A DNA stretch of 64,000 nucleotides, taken from NCBI GenBank assembly GCA_951406725.2, contig CATOCA020000001.1, positions 11,284,001-11,348,000 of the forward strand. The letters are read 5' to 3'. Positions 14,063 to 27,454 of the stretch are shown in pieces (positions within the stretch are counted from its first letter, which is position 1; the number at the start of each line of letters is the position of its first letter). The notes under the pieces are model-generated. The model was given only the letters and a program-made list of their open reading frames with translations, ran no database searches and was not told where the DNA came from. Origin of the DNA: Octopus vulgaris. Lineage: Eukaryota. The translations under genes and the position numbers were made by a program.

Positions 14063-14303
14063 GTGACGTATATTTGCGATTTAAATATGGCTAAACCCTA
14101 AGGGTCGATGCTACTGTTGTGGGGAGTCCCAATAGGACACCTCCTACATCTGGCTTTAGACACACTTTCTGAGCCCTATCAGTGTTTGCAAAGGTAAGCC
14201 ATCCTTCCCGTCTTCCCTTTGCAAACACTGATAGGGCACCAACAAAATACAGTAGCACCCACCCCTAGGGGTTAGCCATATTTAAATGGCAATTATACGT
14301 CAC
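14063..14303. mobile_element. MITE-like element with nested inverted repeats
   Basis: Outer ~55-bp imperfect TIR (gtgacgtatatttgcgatttaaatatggctaa / ttagccatatttaaatggcaattatacgtcac) and inner 22-bp stem gccctatcagtgtttgcaaagg / cctttgcaaacactgatagggc. Confidence 0.65.
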
Positions 14304-14436
14304 TATATTTATATATATATATCTATATATATATATATAAATATAATATTATTAGAGACAAAACCACTATTTTGCAAAACAAACAAGGAAAGACTTAATC
14401 AATACATAAAATTTTAATAAATAGTCAAAAAAACCG

Positions 14437-14479
14437 CCACTACAATTGTTTCTTGTCTTGATCGACAATCTTCAGGTGG
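14437..14479 (-). ncRNA. Minimal type I hammerhead (element 3, left)
   Basis: Reverse complement of 19580-19622. Confidence 0.88.
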
Positions 14480-17400
14480 GCTTCCAATCTAAAATATCAA
14501 TATTTTAAAATATAAAAATAATAATTTTAAAATAATTAAAGTATGAATGAAAAAATATAAATATATAATCCATATATAACCTATATATAATCCATATATA
14601 ATCAATATATAAACAATATATAAACTAAAATAAACCTATCAACAATTAAATATAAAATATAAAATATAAAATATAAAACAAAACAAAAAAATAATAATAA
14701 TATAATAATAAACTATATATACACCCATACATATATACCTAATTATATATAACCATATCTAACTACATACACTAAATCACACACCTATATATATATCCCT
14801 ATACATACACATAAAAACGTCTAGGCAACTATAAATAAATAAAATAGCTAAATACTTCAACACAATACTTATTCATACTCCCACACACACACACATACAA
14901 CCCACATTCACGCTCTAGAAAACGGACATCACTTAAAATTATGAACGGAGAAATGGAATAAATGGAATTAAAAATTATATTCACTTGGTAAAACGAACAC
15001 TACTTAAAAATTATGAATGAAACAATGCAATAAAACAACAGACATCGCAAATAGACACAAATTACTACGAATTCCTTAACAAACCTACCATGATAAACCA
15101 AAACTCATAAAAACATATAATGATAAAATCTCCCTTTACTAAACTCTATAACATACCTATATAGCAATCCCCCTAACCTAAACATTCACACACAAATACA
15201 CACACGTAAACCACACACCCACGACATATACAAATACCCACACCACTTACACATACCTATACATACATATAAACCTCAACATATACTCCAAAAACCCACT
15301 CAACCCCACACAGACAAATAAACACAAAAATTATGAATGGATTCTTTTATAAAACTACCATGATAAGCTAAAACTCACAAAACATAAATGATAAAACCTC
15401 CCTTTACTAAACACTATAACATACTTATATAGCAATCCCTTTAACCTATACATTCACACACAAATACACACACGTAAACCACACACCCATAACAAATACA
15501 AACACCCACCCCACTCACACACACCCACAAGTACATATAAGCCTCAACATATACACCAAACAAAATTACTTTACCAAGGAACTTAACATATGTATAAAAA
15601 GTATAACCGCTCTGGAAACGAACATCTTTTAAAATAATGAATGGAGAAATGGAATAAATGGAATTAAAAATAATATTCACGTGGCAAAACGAACACCACT
15701 CAAAAATTATGAATGAAACAATGTAATAAAACAACCAACATCGAAAATAGACAAATTACCATGAATTCCCTAAAAAAAACCATGATAAACCAAAACTCTT
15801 AAAAACATATAACGATAAAATCTCCCTTTGCTAAACTCTATAACAAACCTATATAGCAATCCCCCTAACCTAAACATTCACACACAAATACACACACGTA
15901 AACCACAGACCCACGACTTATACACATACCTATACTAACTTATAAACCTCAATATACACCAAAAACCCACTCCCTCCCCACACAGACAAATTAACACATA
16001 CATCCCAAAACCTAAATAACAAACCCATATACACATTCACACACAAACACACACACACAACAGATACATATACTCCCTCACATATACGCATATACATACT
16101 CACTAAACTCGATATATACAACAATATTTACACACCCACACTCATACAGATAAATAAATTATACAACTAAAAACTCACACACAATCTCATATACATAAAC
16201 ACTCCAATGAAAAACAACATTAAATACATCGTAATTAACCAGAATATCAAAAATAACAATATGACATAAGGAGAAATAAAATACATACTTACAAGTCAGT
16301 TTCAAATTATGAAGTGAAATTAAATTCTTAGCCGTTAAAAAAATCAAACCAAAATTACGTTACCATAGAAATATAACTTATGTAAAAAAAGAATACGCGC
16401 CATGGAAAGTAAACGTCATTTAAAATTATGAATGGAGAAATAGAATAAATGGAACTAAAAACTATATCCACGTGGCAAACCAACACTACTTAAAAAAAAT
16501 TTATTATGAATGGATTCTTTAATAAAACTACCATGATAAATTATTATATACATTTATGAGCTTTAGCTCATCTTAGCAGCTCTAACAAACAACTTGTAGT
16601 AACCCAAATCTATTCTCGATGCCTGCCTTACTACTACACTATTCCATTCCCAATTCCAAGCAACGCTAGCCCACCACCCGGTTACAATTCCCAACTCCAC
16701 CCATTCATTCACAATTTCAACGACGTTCGCCTCCACAGCGCTACATATAAGCCTCAACATATACACCGGAGATTCGCTTTCACATCCGTGCGGATGGGTG
16801 AGAGTACAAATGTGTATAGCCCCATCCACAGCAATACGCTCACACCCACTCACACCCAGATGGGTGAACTGCACAACCAAAAAACGCACACACACACGTG
16901 TGCGTATTTTGATTGTGCAATTCGCCCATCTGCATGTATGCGGGCGCGAATATACCGTTGCACATATCGAGCCCAACTAGCATGCACATGTACATGTGAG
17001 GGGGTACACGCATATGCCGTGCGCGTATACCCCCCGCATTTATACCCGTGCGTGAATATACACATGGAGACTACCACACAGGTACAAATGTGCATAGCAA
17101 AGGGAGCCCCATCACTACACTCAATGCATACTCTCACCCATCCGCACGGATGTGAAAGCGAATCACCGGTGTATATATTGAGGATCATAAGTAGCGCTGT
17201 GGAGGCGAACGTCGTTGAAATTGTGAATGAATGGGTGGAATTGGGAATTGTAACCGGGTGGTGGGCTAGCGTTGCTTAGAATTGGGAATGGAATAGTGTA
17301 GTGGAATGGCAGGCATCGAGAATAGACGTGGGTCACTGCAAATTGTTTGTTAGAGCTGCCAAGATGAGCTAAAGCTCATAAATGTATATAATAATTTATC

Positions 17401-19579
17401 ATGGTAGTTTTATTAAAGAATCCATTCATAATAATTTTTTTAAGTAGTGTTGGTTTGCCACGTGGATATAGTTTTTAGTTCCATTTATTCTATTTCTCCA
17501 TTCATAATTTTAAATGACGTTTACTTTCCATGGCGCGTATTCTTTTTATACATAAGTTATGTTTCTATGGTAACGTAATTTTGGTTTGATTTTTTTAACG
17601 GCTTAGAATTTAATTTCACTTCATAATTTGAAACTGACTTGTAAGTATGTATTTTATTTCTCCTTATGTCATATTGTTATTTTTGATATTCTGGTTAATT
17701 ACGATGTATTTAATGTTGTTTTTCATTGGAGTGTTTATGTATATGAGATTGTGTGTGAGTGTGTGCGTTTTTTAGTTGTATAATTTATTTATCTGTATGA
17801 GTGTGGGTGTGTAAATATTGTTGTATATATCGAGTTTAGTGAGTATGTATATGCGTATATGTGAGGGAGTATATGTATCTGTTGTGTGTGTGTGTTTTGC
17901 GTGTGTGTGTGTGTTTGTGTGTGAATGTGTATATGGGTTTGTTATATAGGTTTGGGGATGTATGTGTTAATTTGTCTGTGTGGGAGGGAGTGGGTTTTTG
18001 GTGTATATAGAGGTTTATAAGTTAGTATAGGTATGTGTGAGTGAGGTGGGTATTTGTATAAGTCGTGGGTCTGTGGTTTACGTGTGTGTATTTGTGTGTG
18101 AATGTATAGGTTAAAGGGATTGCTATATAAGTATGTTATAGTGTTTAGTAAAGGGAGGTTTTATCATTTATGTTTTTGTGAGTTTTAGTTTATCATGGTA
18201 GTTTTATAAAAGAATCCATTCATAATTTTTTTAAATAATGTTGGTTTACCGCGTGTATATAATTTTTAATTCCATTTATTCTATTTCTCCATTCATAATT
18301 TTAAGTGAGGTTTGCTTCCATAGCGCGTATTCTTTTTATACATAAGTTATGTTCCTATGGTAACATAATTTGGTTTGATGTTTTTAACGGATTAGAATTT
18401 AATTTCACTTCATAATTTGAAACTGACTTGAAAGTATGTATATTATTTCTCCTTATGTCATATTGTTATTTTTGATATTCTGGTTACTTACGATGTATTT
18501 TATATATCGTATTATGTGTAATAATGTTGTTTTTCTTTGGAGTGTTTATGTATGTGGGATTGTGTGTGAGTGTGTGCGTATTTTGGTTGTGTAGTTTGTT
18601 TATCTGTATGAATGTGGGTGTGTTAATATTGTTGTATATGTCGAGTTTGGTGAGTATGTATATGTATATGGTGTGTGTTTTACGTATGTATATTTGTGTG
18701 TGAATGTGTTTATGGGTTTGCTATTTAGGTTTGGGGATGTATGTGTTTATTTGTCTGTGTGGGGTTGAGTGGGTTTTTGGAGTATATGTTGTGGTTTATA
18801 TGTATGTATAGGTATGTGTAAGTGGGGTGGGTATTTGTATATGTCGTGGGTGTGTGGTTTACGTGTGTGTATTTGTGTGTGAATGTTTAGGTTAGGGGGA
18901 TTGCTATATAGGTATGTTATAGAGTTTAGTAAAGGGAGATTTTATCATTATATGTTTTTATGAGTTTTGGTTTATCATGGTAGTTTTGTTAAGGAATTCG
19001 TAGTAATTTGTGTCTATTTGCGATGTCTGTTGTTTTATTGCATTATTTCATTCATAATTTTTAAGTAGTGTTCGTTTTACCAAGTGAATATAATTTTTAA
19101 TTCCATTTATTCCATTTCTCCGTTCATAATTTTAAGTGATGTCCGTTTCTAGAGCGGGAATGTGGGTTGTATGTGTGTGTGAGGGAGTATGAATAAGTAT
19201 TGTGTTGAAGTATTTAGCTATTTTATTTATTTATAGTTGCCTAGACGTTTTTATGTGTATGTATAGGGATATATATATAGGTGTGTGATTTAGTGTATGT
19301 ATTTAGATATGGTTATATATAATTAGTTATATGTGTATGGGTGTATATATAGTTTATTTTTTTGTTTTGTTTTATATTTTATATTTTATATTTTATATTT
19401 TATATTTTATATTTAATTGTTGATAGGTTTATTTTAGTTTATATATTGTTTATATATTGATTATATATGGATTATATATAGGTTATATATAGATTATCTA
19501 TTTATATTTTTTCATTAATACTTTAATTATTTTAAAATTATTTTTATATTTTAAAATATTGATATTTTAGATTGGAAGT

Positions 19580-19622
19580 CCACCTGAAGATTGTCGATCA
19601 AGACAAGAAACAATTGTAGTGG
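19580..19622 (+). ncRNA. Minimal type I hammerhead (element 3, right)
   Basis: ccac-CTGAAGA-ttgtc gatcaa gacaa-GAAA-CAATTG-TA-gtgg. Predicted cleavage after 19618. Confidence 0.88.
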
Positions 19623-19787
19623 CGGTTTTTTTGACTATTTATTAAAATTTTATGTATTGATTAAGTCTTTCCTTGTTTGTTTTGCAAAATAGTGGTTTTG
19701 TCTCTAATAATATTATATATATATATATATATATTACTGGTGAATTGAAGAAATGGAGCTGAACGAAGATTGAACAGAAATCGTTTT

Positions 19788-19878
19788 ATTTCATTCTACA
19801 CGTGTTTCGAAAGGCACAATTTACCAAAATCCGATTGAATAATGAGACCATATTGTGTCTTTCTCTTCAGGAAGAAAT
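19788..19878 (-). ncRNA. Type I hammerhead (element 4, left)
   Basis: Reverse complement of 21311-21401. Confidence 0.82.
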
Positions 19879-21310
19879 AGGAAATCCGTTGAGAAAAAAC
19901 AAAAACAGAACAGAGGCGGAGCAAAACAAATCGAACTAGGCTCCTAAGAGCCCATGGTCAAACTGCTTATCAGTGTATGTTGAAAACCGGTGGTGGGTGC
20001 GTTGAAGATTTTAACGGGTCAGGCAACGGTCATTCCTGTGGGTGAGGGTGTGTAGATGTTCTTTGTGACCGAGAATAAAGTTCTGACTATTAAAAGAATA
20101 TTGGATGTATTATATGGGGCGAGAAAATCTACTTAGAGACATGTGTGTGTTTACTGTTCTATATATGTGTGCTGGCGCCAGTTGGTAAGAAGCGCTAGTG
20201 ACAGTAACGCAGTTCTAATTTCAGAAACTAATCCTAGCAGAATAAGATTCACGTCGGCGAACTCCAAGATCAGAAACGCCGTCTACCAATGCAAGGTTTA
20301 CACGGACTCAGAAGTCTACGCTTATGTAGGGGCCTCATCGTCAAGATTGACTTTGCGAATCTCCAATCATTACGCAACTTTTCGAGACATGAATAAACGC
20401 CAGACCACGGGACTCAGCAAGCTAATATGGCGATTGAAGAATACGAACTCAAGCTACAGGCTGGAATGGTCAATTTTGTCGGTGGCCCTCCCATTTGATA
20501 GGGGCAGAAGGAAGTGCAACCTTTGTGTCTCCGAACTCTTCCATATATTGTTCGCCAGAGACCGGATGGTAAACGGACTTTTACAGTCGGCTTTTCGATG
20601 CCCCCATTGGCGGCGTTATACTTATCTGGCTTATAAATAACGCTTATAAATAATACCTGCACCCGGTTACACTACTTATATGAAAATAGCCCTTGGTAAT
20701 AAATTCTGAAAAAGCCTTTAAGATAATTACGATTAACCACTGCAAGGGGAATTACTCCTGTGAGATGAATGGGGCTTTGTTTTTGACGACGGGGGTTTCT
20801 TTGACAAGGCATGATTAGACGAACACACGCACACATAAAACATAAATTATTTTTCTGCCGCCCGACGGTTTTACTGCAGTGACCATTGTGTAGAGCTGTT
20901 TAACAACTGACAGTCGAGCGATCAAACGCACACACGTACACAAAAAATGTTTTCTACCCCTTGACGGAGTTCTCAGCAGTGACCAGAAAATAGCGCTTCT
21001 TACCAACTGGCGCCAGCACACATATATAGAACAGTAAACACACACATGTCTCTAAGTAGATTTTTCTCGCCCCATATAATACATCCAATATTCTTTTAAT
21101 AGTCAGAACTTTATTCTCGGTCACAAAGAACATCTACACACCCTCACCCACAGGAATGACCGTTGCCTGACCCGTTAAAATCTTCAACGCACCCACCACC
21201 GGTTCTCAACATACACTGATAAACAGTTTGACCATGGGCTCTTAGGAGCCTAGTTCGATTTGTTTTGCTCCGCCTCTGTTCTGTTTTTGTTTTTTCCCAA
21301 CGGATTTCCT

Positions 21311-21401
21311 ATTTCTTCCTGAAGAGAAAGACACAATATGGTCTCATTATTCAATCGGATTTTGGTAAATTGTGCCTTTCGAAACACGTGTAGAATGAAA
21401 T
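21311..21401 (+). ncRNA. Type I hammerhead (element 4, right)
   Basis: atttcttc-CTGAAGA-gaaagacacaat...attgtgcctttc-GAAA-CACGTG-TA-gaatgaaat. Predicted cleavage after 21392. Confidence 0.85.
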
Positions 21402-21605
21402 AAAACGATTTCTGTTCAATCTTCGTTCAGCTCCATTTCTTCAATTCACCAGTAATATTAAAATTCAATTATCCGCACCAACGCACGGTTGCAACACCAT
21501 ATGGTTGTACCTCCAACCGTGCGGTCTTCTGCTGTGATTTTTGCTACCAAGGTATCGGTTAAACTTTTGATTAATCTGCTACAAGATTATTCATCTTTCT
21601 ATTTC

Positions 21606-21660
<55 letters not shown>

Positions 21661-21737
21661 ATGTATGTATGTATATATATATGTATGTATGTATATGTAT
21701 GTATGTATATATATATGTATGTATGTATATATATATG

Positions 21738-21772
<35 letters not shown>

Positions 21773-21871
21773 GTATATATATGTAGACACATATATATAT
21801 ATATGCATATATATATATACATATATATATATGCATATATATATATGTATATATATATATATATGTATATA

Positions 21872-23090
21872 TAGGGTCGATCACAAGATCCTATTGAAAA
21901 AACTATCCAACATTGGTGTCTCTGGAAAGTTACTGAAATGGATCAAGTGTGTCCTGACAGACAGATCTCAACATGTTGTAGTTGAAGGGGTAAAATCAAG
22001 CCCAGCCAAAGTCAGTAGTGGCGTTCCGCAAGGCACTGTGCTGGGCCCACTTCTTTTCATCATTTACATTAATGACATTAATGACATCATCAAGCACAGC
22101 AACATAAAAATCTTTGCAGATGACTCCAAGCTACAGAAGGTCATAAATGAGGCGAGTGACCGGACATGCCTTCAGTCAGATCTACTGGCTGTTATCCAAT
22201 GGGCAGAAAAAAACAATATGCTGCTGAACGAGGATAAATTTGAGCTAATCCACTTTGGAAAAGAGGATGCCCTGAAACTCCCATACTCCCTTCCTTCAGG
22301 TGAAACTCTCGCGGCGTCCAACAACATCAGAGACTTGGGAGTAATTGTGGACAACAACATAAGCTGGGCCACTCATATAAACACCAAAGTTGACATGGCC
22401 CACAGAATGTGTTCCTGGATTCTCAGAACTTTCCAGTCGAGAGATATCCACACCATTATCCTTCTCTTCTCCACTTTTGCCCGACCCCACCTTGAATACT
22501 GTTGTCCACTGTGGTCTCCCCACACAATACAAGGTATCATAAAAGTTGAAGCACCTCAAAGGGCAATCACAAAAAAGATAGATGGCATGACAGGCCTCGA
22601 CTATTGGGGTCGACTAGAAAAGCTAAAACTCTATTCTCTCCAACGTCGTCGTGAGCGCTACATCATCTGCATGATGTGGAAAATATTCCATCAGCATTGC
22701 CCAAATGATGTTGGCATCACTTTTAAGGTACATCTAAGGCTTGGGCCCCGTGCCATCCGCCCAAAACAAAAATCGCACTCTCATCTCATAACAACAATAC
22801 GGCACAATTATTTCACCTCAATTGGCCCCGCTCTCTTTAACATTACACCAAAACACATTAAAACAGAAACTGACCCTATAGGGTTCAAGAAGTCTTTGGA
22901 CAGATTCCTTCAAGAAATCCCGGATAAACCCCCTACACCCGGATATGTCTCTGTAAACAATAACTCTCTACTTGAGTGGGCCATAGTGCCCAAATTCTGA
23001 CTTGAAAGACTTCACCAGGTGGTGCTATTAAGTTAGACATGGCCTGGGCCAATAATGGCCGAAACCTATCAAAGTATCAAAGTATCAAAG
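21872..23090 (+). mobile_element. APE-RT LINE, copy 2; 5'-truncated (RT C-terminal half open to stop at 23000)
   Basis: RVDHKILL...[10 protein letters not shown]...FADD...WAIVPKF; (TATCAAAG)3 tail; inserted in (TA)n. Confidence 0.93.
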
Positions 23091-23282
23091 TATATATGTA
23101 GACACATATATATGCATATATATATATATACATATATATATATGCATATATATATATGTATATAAATATATGTATATATATATATATCTATATATATATG
23201 TATATATGTATGTATGTATATGTATGTATATACATATATATATGTATGTGTATGTATATATATATATAATATATATATAACA

Positions 23283-23313
<31 letters not shown>

Positions 23314-23316
23314 ATG

Positions 23317-23470
<154 letters not shown>

Positions 23471-23589
23471 GTATGTCCTGGGTATAGCCGCCGTCAACTG
23501 AATCCAGTTGTAAGGTTCTACTTTGCCATTCCAAATTCTTGAGGAGTGTGGAACCATTCATTAGCAGTTATTCTTTTCGTTTCTACTCT

Positions 23590-23760
23590 AGATAGAAGGC
23601 CTACAATTTTGGGGGAGAAGAACAGTCGATTAGATCGACTCTCATTAAGCAACTGGTACTTAATTTTTTGACCCAGACATGATGAAAGGCAAACTTAAAA
23701 ACAGACGAAATACCGCTAAGAATTTTGCTCGGCGTGCTAACATTCCTGCCAGTTCACCGC
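23590..23760 (-). mobile_element. Degenerate SINE (family A)
   Basis: aactggtacttaattt...gatgaaaggcaaa...cggcgtgctaacatt. Confidence 0.6.
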
Positions 23761-23866
23761 TTTTTTAGAGAGATTCCGTTCCTCTTCATTTGACATTGAA
23801 GTTTGGGTTTTGGTCTGCTCTCGCCCCACCCATATATATATATATATATATATACATTTTCACATA

Positions 23867-23915
<49 letters not shown>

Positions 23916-24424
23916 CACATGCATACATATATATATACATGCTTGCATACATACGTAATACATTTATACATACGTACGTACATACATACATATATATAAC
24001 GCGTACGTACATGCATATACACATAATACATATATATCCATGTATGCAAACATATATTCGTACACATATACATACATACACACATACATACATACATTTT
24101 CACATAATACATATATATATATATATACACATACATGCATATATATATATATATACACATGCTTGCATACATACGTAACACATACATACATAAATACATA
24201 CATACGTAATACATACATACCTACATATGTACATACGTTCATACATAGGTAAGTACATACATACACATGCATATACATACTTGTACACATAATACATACA
24301 TATACACACACATACATACATATATACATACATACAGATATAACACGTACATACATGCAGATACACATAATACATATATACCCATGTATGCATACATGCA
24401 TTCATATACATATACATATATTCA

Positions 24425-24458
<34 letters not shown>

Positions 24459-24860
24459 CATGCATAATATATTTATGCAATCACTCTACCGACCGGATAA
24501 TCGGACGTCATTATTTCTTGCTGGTCACACTGCAATTCTTGACGCTGTTTTCAGGACTAAGGTTTATAAGTGACCAAGACAATGACATTCTCCCTAAACA
24601 GGGAACCAGTCGAACACAGGTTTATTTATTTTCAGCTCTGTTGACTGGAACAATTTGAAATTAGGCATTTGTTTCAGGACCTCAAAACTGGAATTCGAAA
24701 TCATGAACAAAAAAGAGGGGCTATGACCTAATCACAGGATCACTCACCTTTCCAAAGTCTGTGTGGGTGTGGCTGTGTTTTGTCTGTGTGTATGAAAATT
24801 TAACAAGAAAACTGGTTTGACAAGATTTAAGTGGGTTTTATATAATCTACATACATATGT

Positions 24861-24928
<68 letters not shown>

Positions 24929-25283
24929 TTATCCATATATATATATGCACATAGTTTTCAAACAATTATGGAGAGGTTACGTCATACGAAATGAATTGAA
25001 TTATACTTTGACATGACAAATTGTAAAGAGCATTCAAATTTGAATAAAAGATTTTGTGTTAGTCAGGGTGTGGCACGAAATTGAGTTAGCACAATTGAAT
25101 GAATAAGAGTAGTCACCTCCTGCTTATTAACTAAGTAAAAACCACTTATTCATTTCAGTTCGCCTCCTAAGGACACTTGAAACCACGTGTCTCGAAACCA
25201 TTTGAAATAAGGTAAAAAAAAATTTTCTTGTCTTCTTGAATCTTGAGAAATACAAATGTAGAAGGACTGGAAATAGAGTTTAC

Positions 25284-25361
<78 letters not shown>

Positions 25362-25821
25362 ATATGTACACGAATTTTTCATTTTTCTCGAGCATCAGGC
25401 TAATACACTTGCTTGCTGTTCCTACATCTGTCTTCGTCTTATTTTTATAGATTTCTTCTATATGTATGTATACTCTTTGGCACGCTAGCATAAATAGATG
25501 GACGTAATACTAACACGTTTACAACGCAAAACATTTTTAGAGCTATTTAAAACCTAAATATTTCTTTATATTAAAACTGTTTTATTTTCAGTCAGAATTT
25601 TATAGACTTGAAACTATTAAAACATTTTGCAAGCATTAAATTTCCATTCACAGAATATAATATAAAATATAATCCAGTTATAAGTATGGAAAAAAAACTA
25701 TTTGATGGAAATTAAAGCAATGAAAATATTCATCTAATTATACACTATTTTATTTACAGAGAATTTCTACTTCTGAAGTGAAATTCAAAATTTGTCCAAC
25801 AACTCTTTCAATTTTATTCTT

Positions 25822-26042
25822 AACTACCCACAAGGGGCTAAACACAGATAGGACAAACAAGGACAGACAAACGGTAGAAGTCGATTACATTCACCCCATT
25901 GAGTAACTGGTATTTATCGACTCCGAAAGGATGAAAGGCACAGTCGACCTCGGTGGAATTTGAACTCTGAACGTAACGGCAGACGAAATACTGCTACGCA
26001 TTTCGCCCGGCGTGCTAACATTTCTGCCAGCTCGCCGCCTTA
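25822..26042 (-). mobile_element. SINE (family A)
   Basis: Full head to tail; matches 181-415. Confidence 0.8.
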
Positions 26043-26111
26043 ACAACTCTTTCAATTGATCTTTTCCTTCGTTCTTTAAACCGATTTCTGTTTTAAAATT
26101 TATCCAATTTT

Positions 26112-26725
26112 AAGGCAGCGCGGTGGCAGAAACGTTAGCACGCCGGACGAAATGCATAGCGGTATGTCGCCTCTCTTTACGTTCTGAGTTCAAATTCCGC
26201 TGAGGTCGACTTTATCTTTTATCCTTTCGGGATCGATAAATTAAGTACCAGTTGCATACTGGGGTCGATCTAATCAACTGGCTCCCTCCCCTTGTGCCTA
26301 GAGTAGAAAATAATTTTTTATTTCATTTAAGGCGGCGAGCTGGCACAAACGTTAGCACGCCGGACGAATTGCTGCAAAGCATTTCGTCCGTCTACGTTCT
26401 GAGTTCAAATTCCACCGAGGTTGACTTTGCCCTTTATCATTTTGGGGTCGATGAATTAAATACCAGTTACATACTGGTGTCGATCCAATCAACTGGTCCC
26501 CTCGCCTTGTGCCTATCGTAGAAAAGAAAAGGCAGCTAGCTTGGCAGAAACGTTAGCACGCCGGGCGAAACGCTTAGCAATGTTTGGTCTGTCTTTATTT
26601 TCTGAGTTCAAATTCCGCCGAGGTCGACTTTGCCTTTCATCCTTTCGTACTGGTGGCGTACTGGTATTACACTTATCTACTGGCCACTTCGCCCCAAATC
26701 TGGGGCCTTGTGTCTTGAGTAGAAA
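26112..26725 (+). mobile_element. Three tandem SINEs (family A) starting at ~26112, 26329 and 26530
   Basis: Repeated AAGGCRGCGAGCTGGCAGAAACGTTAGCACGCCGG...GAGTTCAAATTCC...GTCGACTTTGCCTTTCATCC. Confidence 0.8.
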
Positions 26726-26999
26726 AGAATATTTCTTTAATTTTGCATCTAAATGTAATTGTTCTCGTATTTGAAATAATATTTATATCTTGTAGGAAAG
26801 AGTATGAATTGTTTAAACATTTTATAAGTCAGTGACTGCATACATTTCTCTCTCCACTTCTTTATCCTCTGTTAACATTTTGATGTGGAATGCATTAAAT
26901 ATGTTTTATCGCAATCTTAAATATTATCTATCAGATGGATGTCTTCTGAGGATTATTTCACGTTGTCTAGAATTATTATTTCTTCTCTTTGCACAAGGA

Positions 27000-27360
27000 C
27001 TTGAAAATTTGTGGGGAAGGGGGTTAATCGATTATATAGACCACAGTGTGTAACTGGTACTTATTTAATCGACCCCAAAATGGCACTTTCGACATCGGCG
27101 GAGAACGTAGCGACAGACAAAATACCTATTTCTTTACTACCCACAAGGGGCTAAACACAGAGAAGACAAACAAGGACAGACAAACGGATTAATTCAATTA
27201 CATCGACCCCAGTGTGTAACTGGTACTTAATTTATCGACCCCGAAACGATGAAAGGCAAAGTCGACCTCAGCGGAATTCGAACTAAGAACGTAACGGCAG
27301 ACGAAATACGGTTGCGTATTTCGCTCGGCGTGCTAACGTTTCAGCCAACTCGACGCCTTA
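27000..27360 (-). mobile_element. SINE (family A) at 27122-27360 nested in or adjacent to an older copy
   Basis: Same consensus as 181-415. Confidence 0.75.
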
Positions 27361-27454
27361 TTGTTTAGAATGATTATAAAGTTTATTATGCACGAACGGC
27401 GGAGTCTCTAAACTGCTGTGTGAATTAAAAATAGGGTTAATAATAGACATTCTA

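Larger units (their letters stand above)
14345..19714. mobile_element. Element 3: 5.4-kb essentially non-coding palindrome with terminal hammerheads (non-autonomous Penelope/retrozyme-like)
   Basis: Arms 14345-16806 and 17129-19714 are reverse complements, with internal subrepeats and strong AC vs GT strand skew. Hammerhead ~90 bp from each end; (TA)n flanks. Confidence 0.85.
19732..21610 (+). mobile_element. Penelope-like element 4, 5'-truncated, fold-back (19732-20197 is the reverse complement of 20991-21457)
   Basis: GIY-YIG remnant at 20198-20640 (AVYQC...AYVGASS, RISNHY, LSKLIW, CNLCVSE, CPH). Hammerheads in both repeats; (TA)n flanks. Confidence 0.9.

Noticed and set aside
21489-21871. 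N-terminal extension of the 503-aa ORF
   Set aside because: Penelope tail plus (TA)n read in frame with a truncated LINE RT; no evidence of a real fusion gene.
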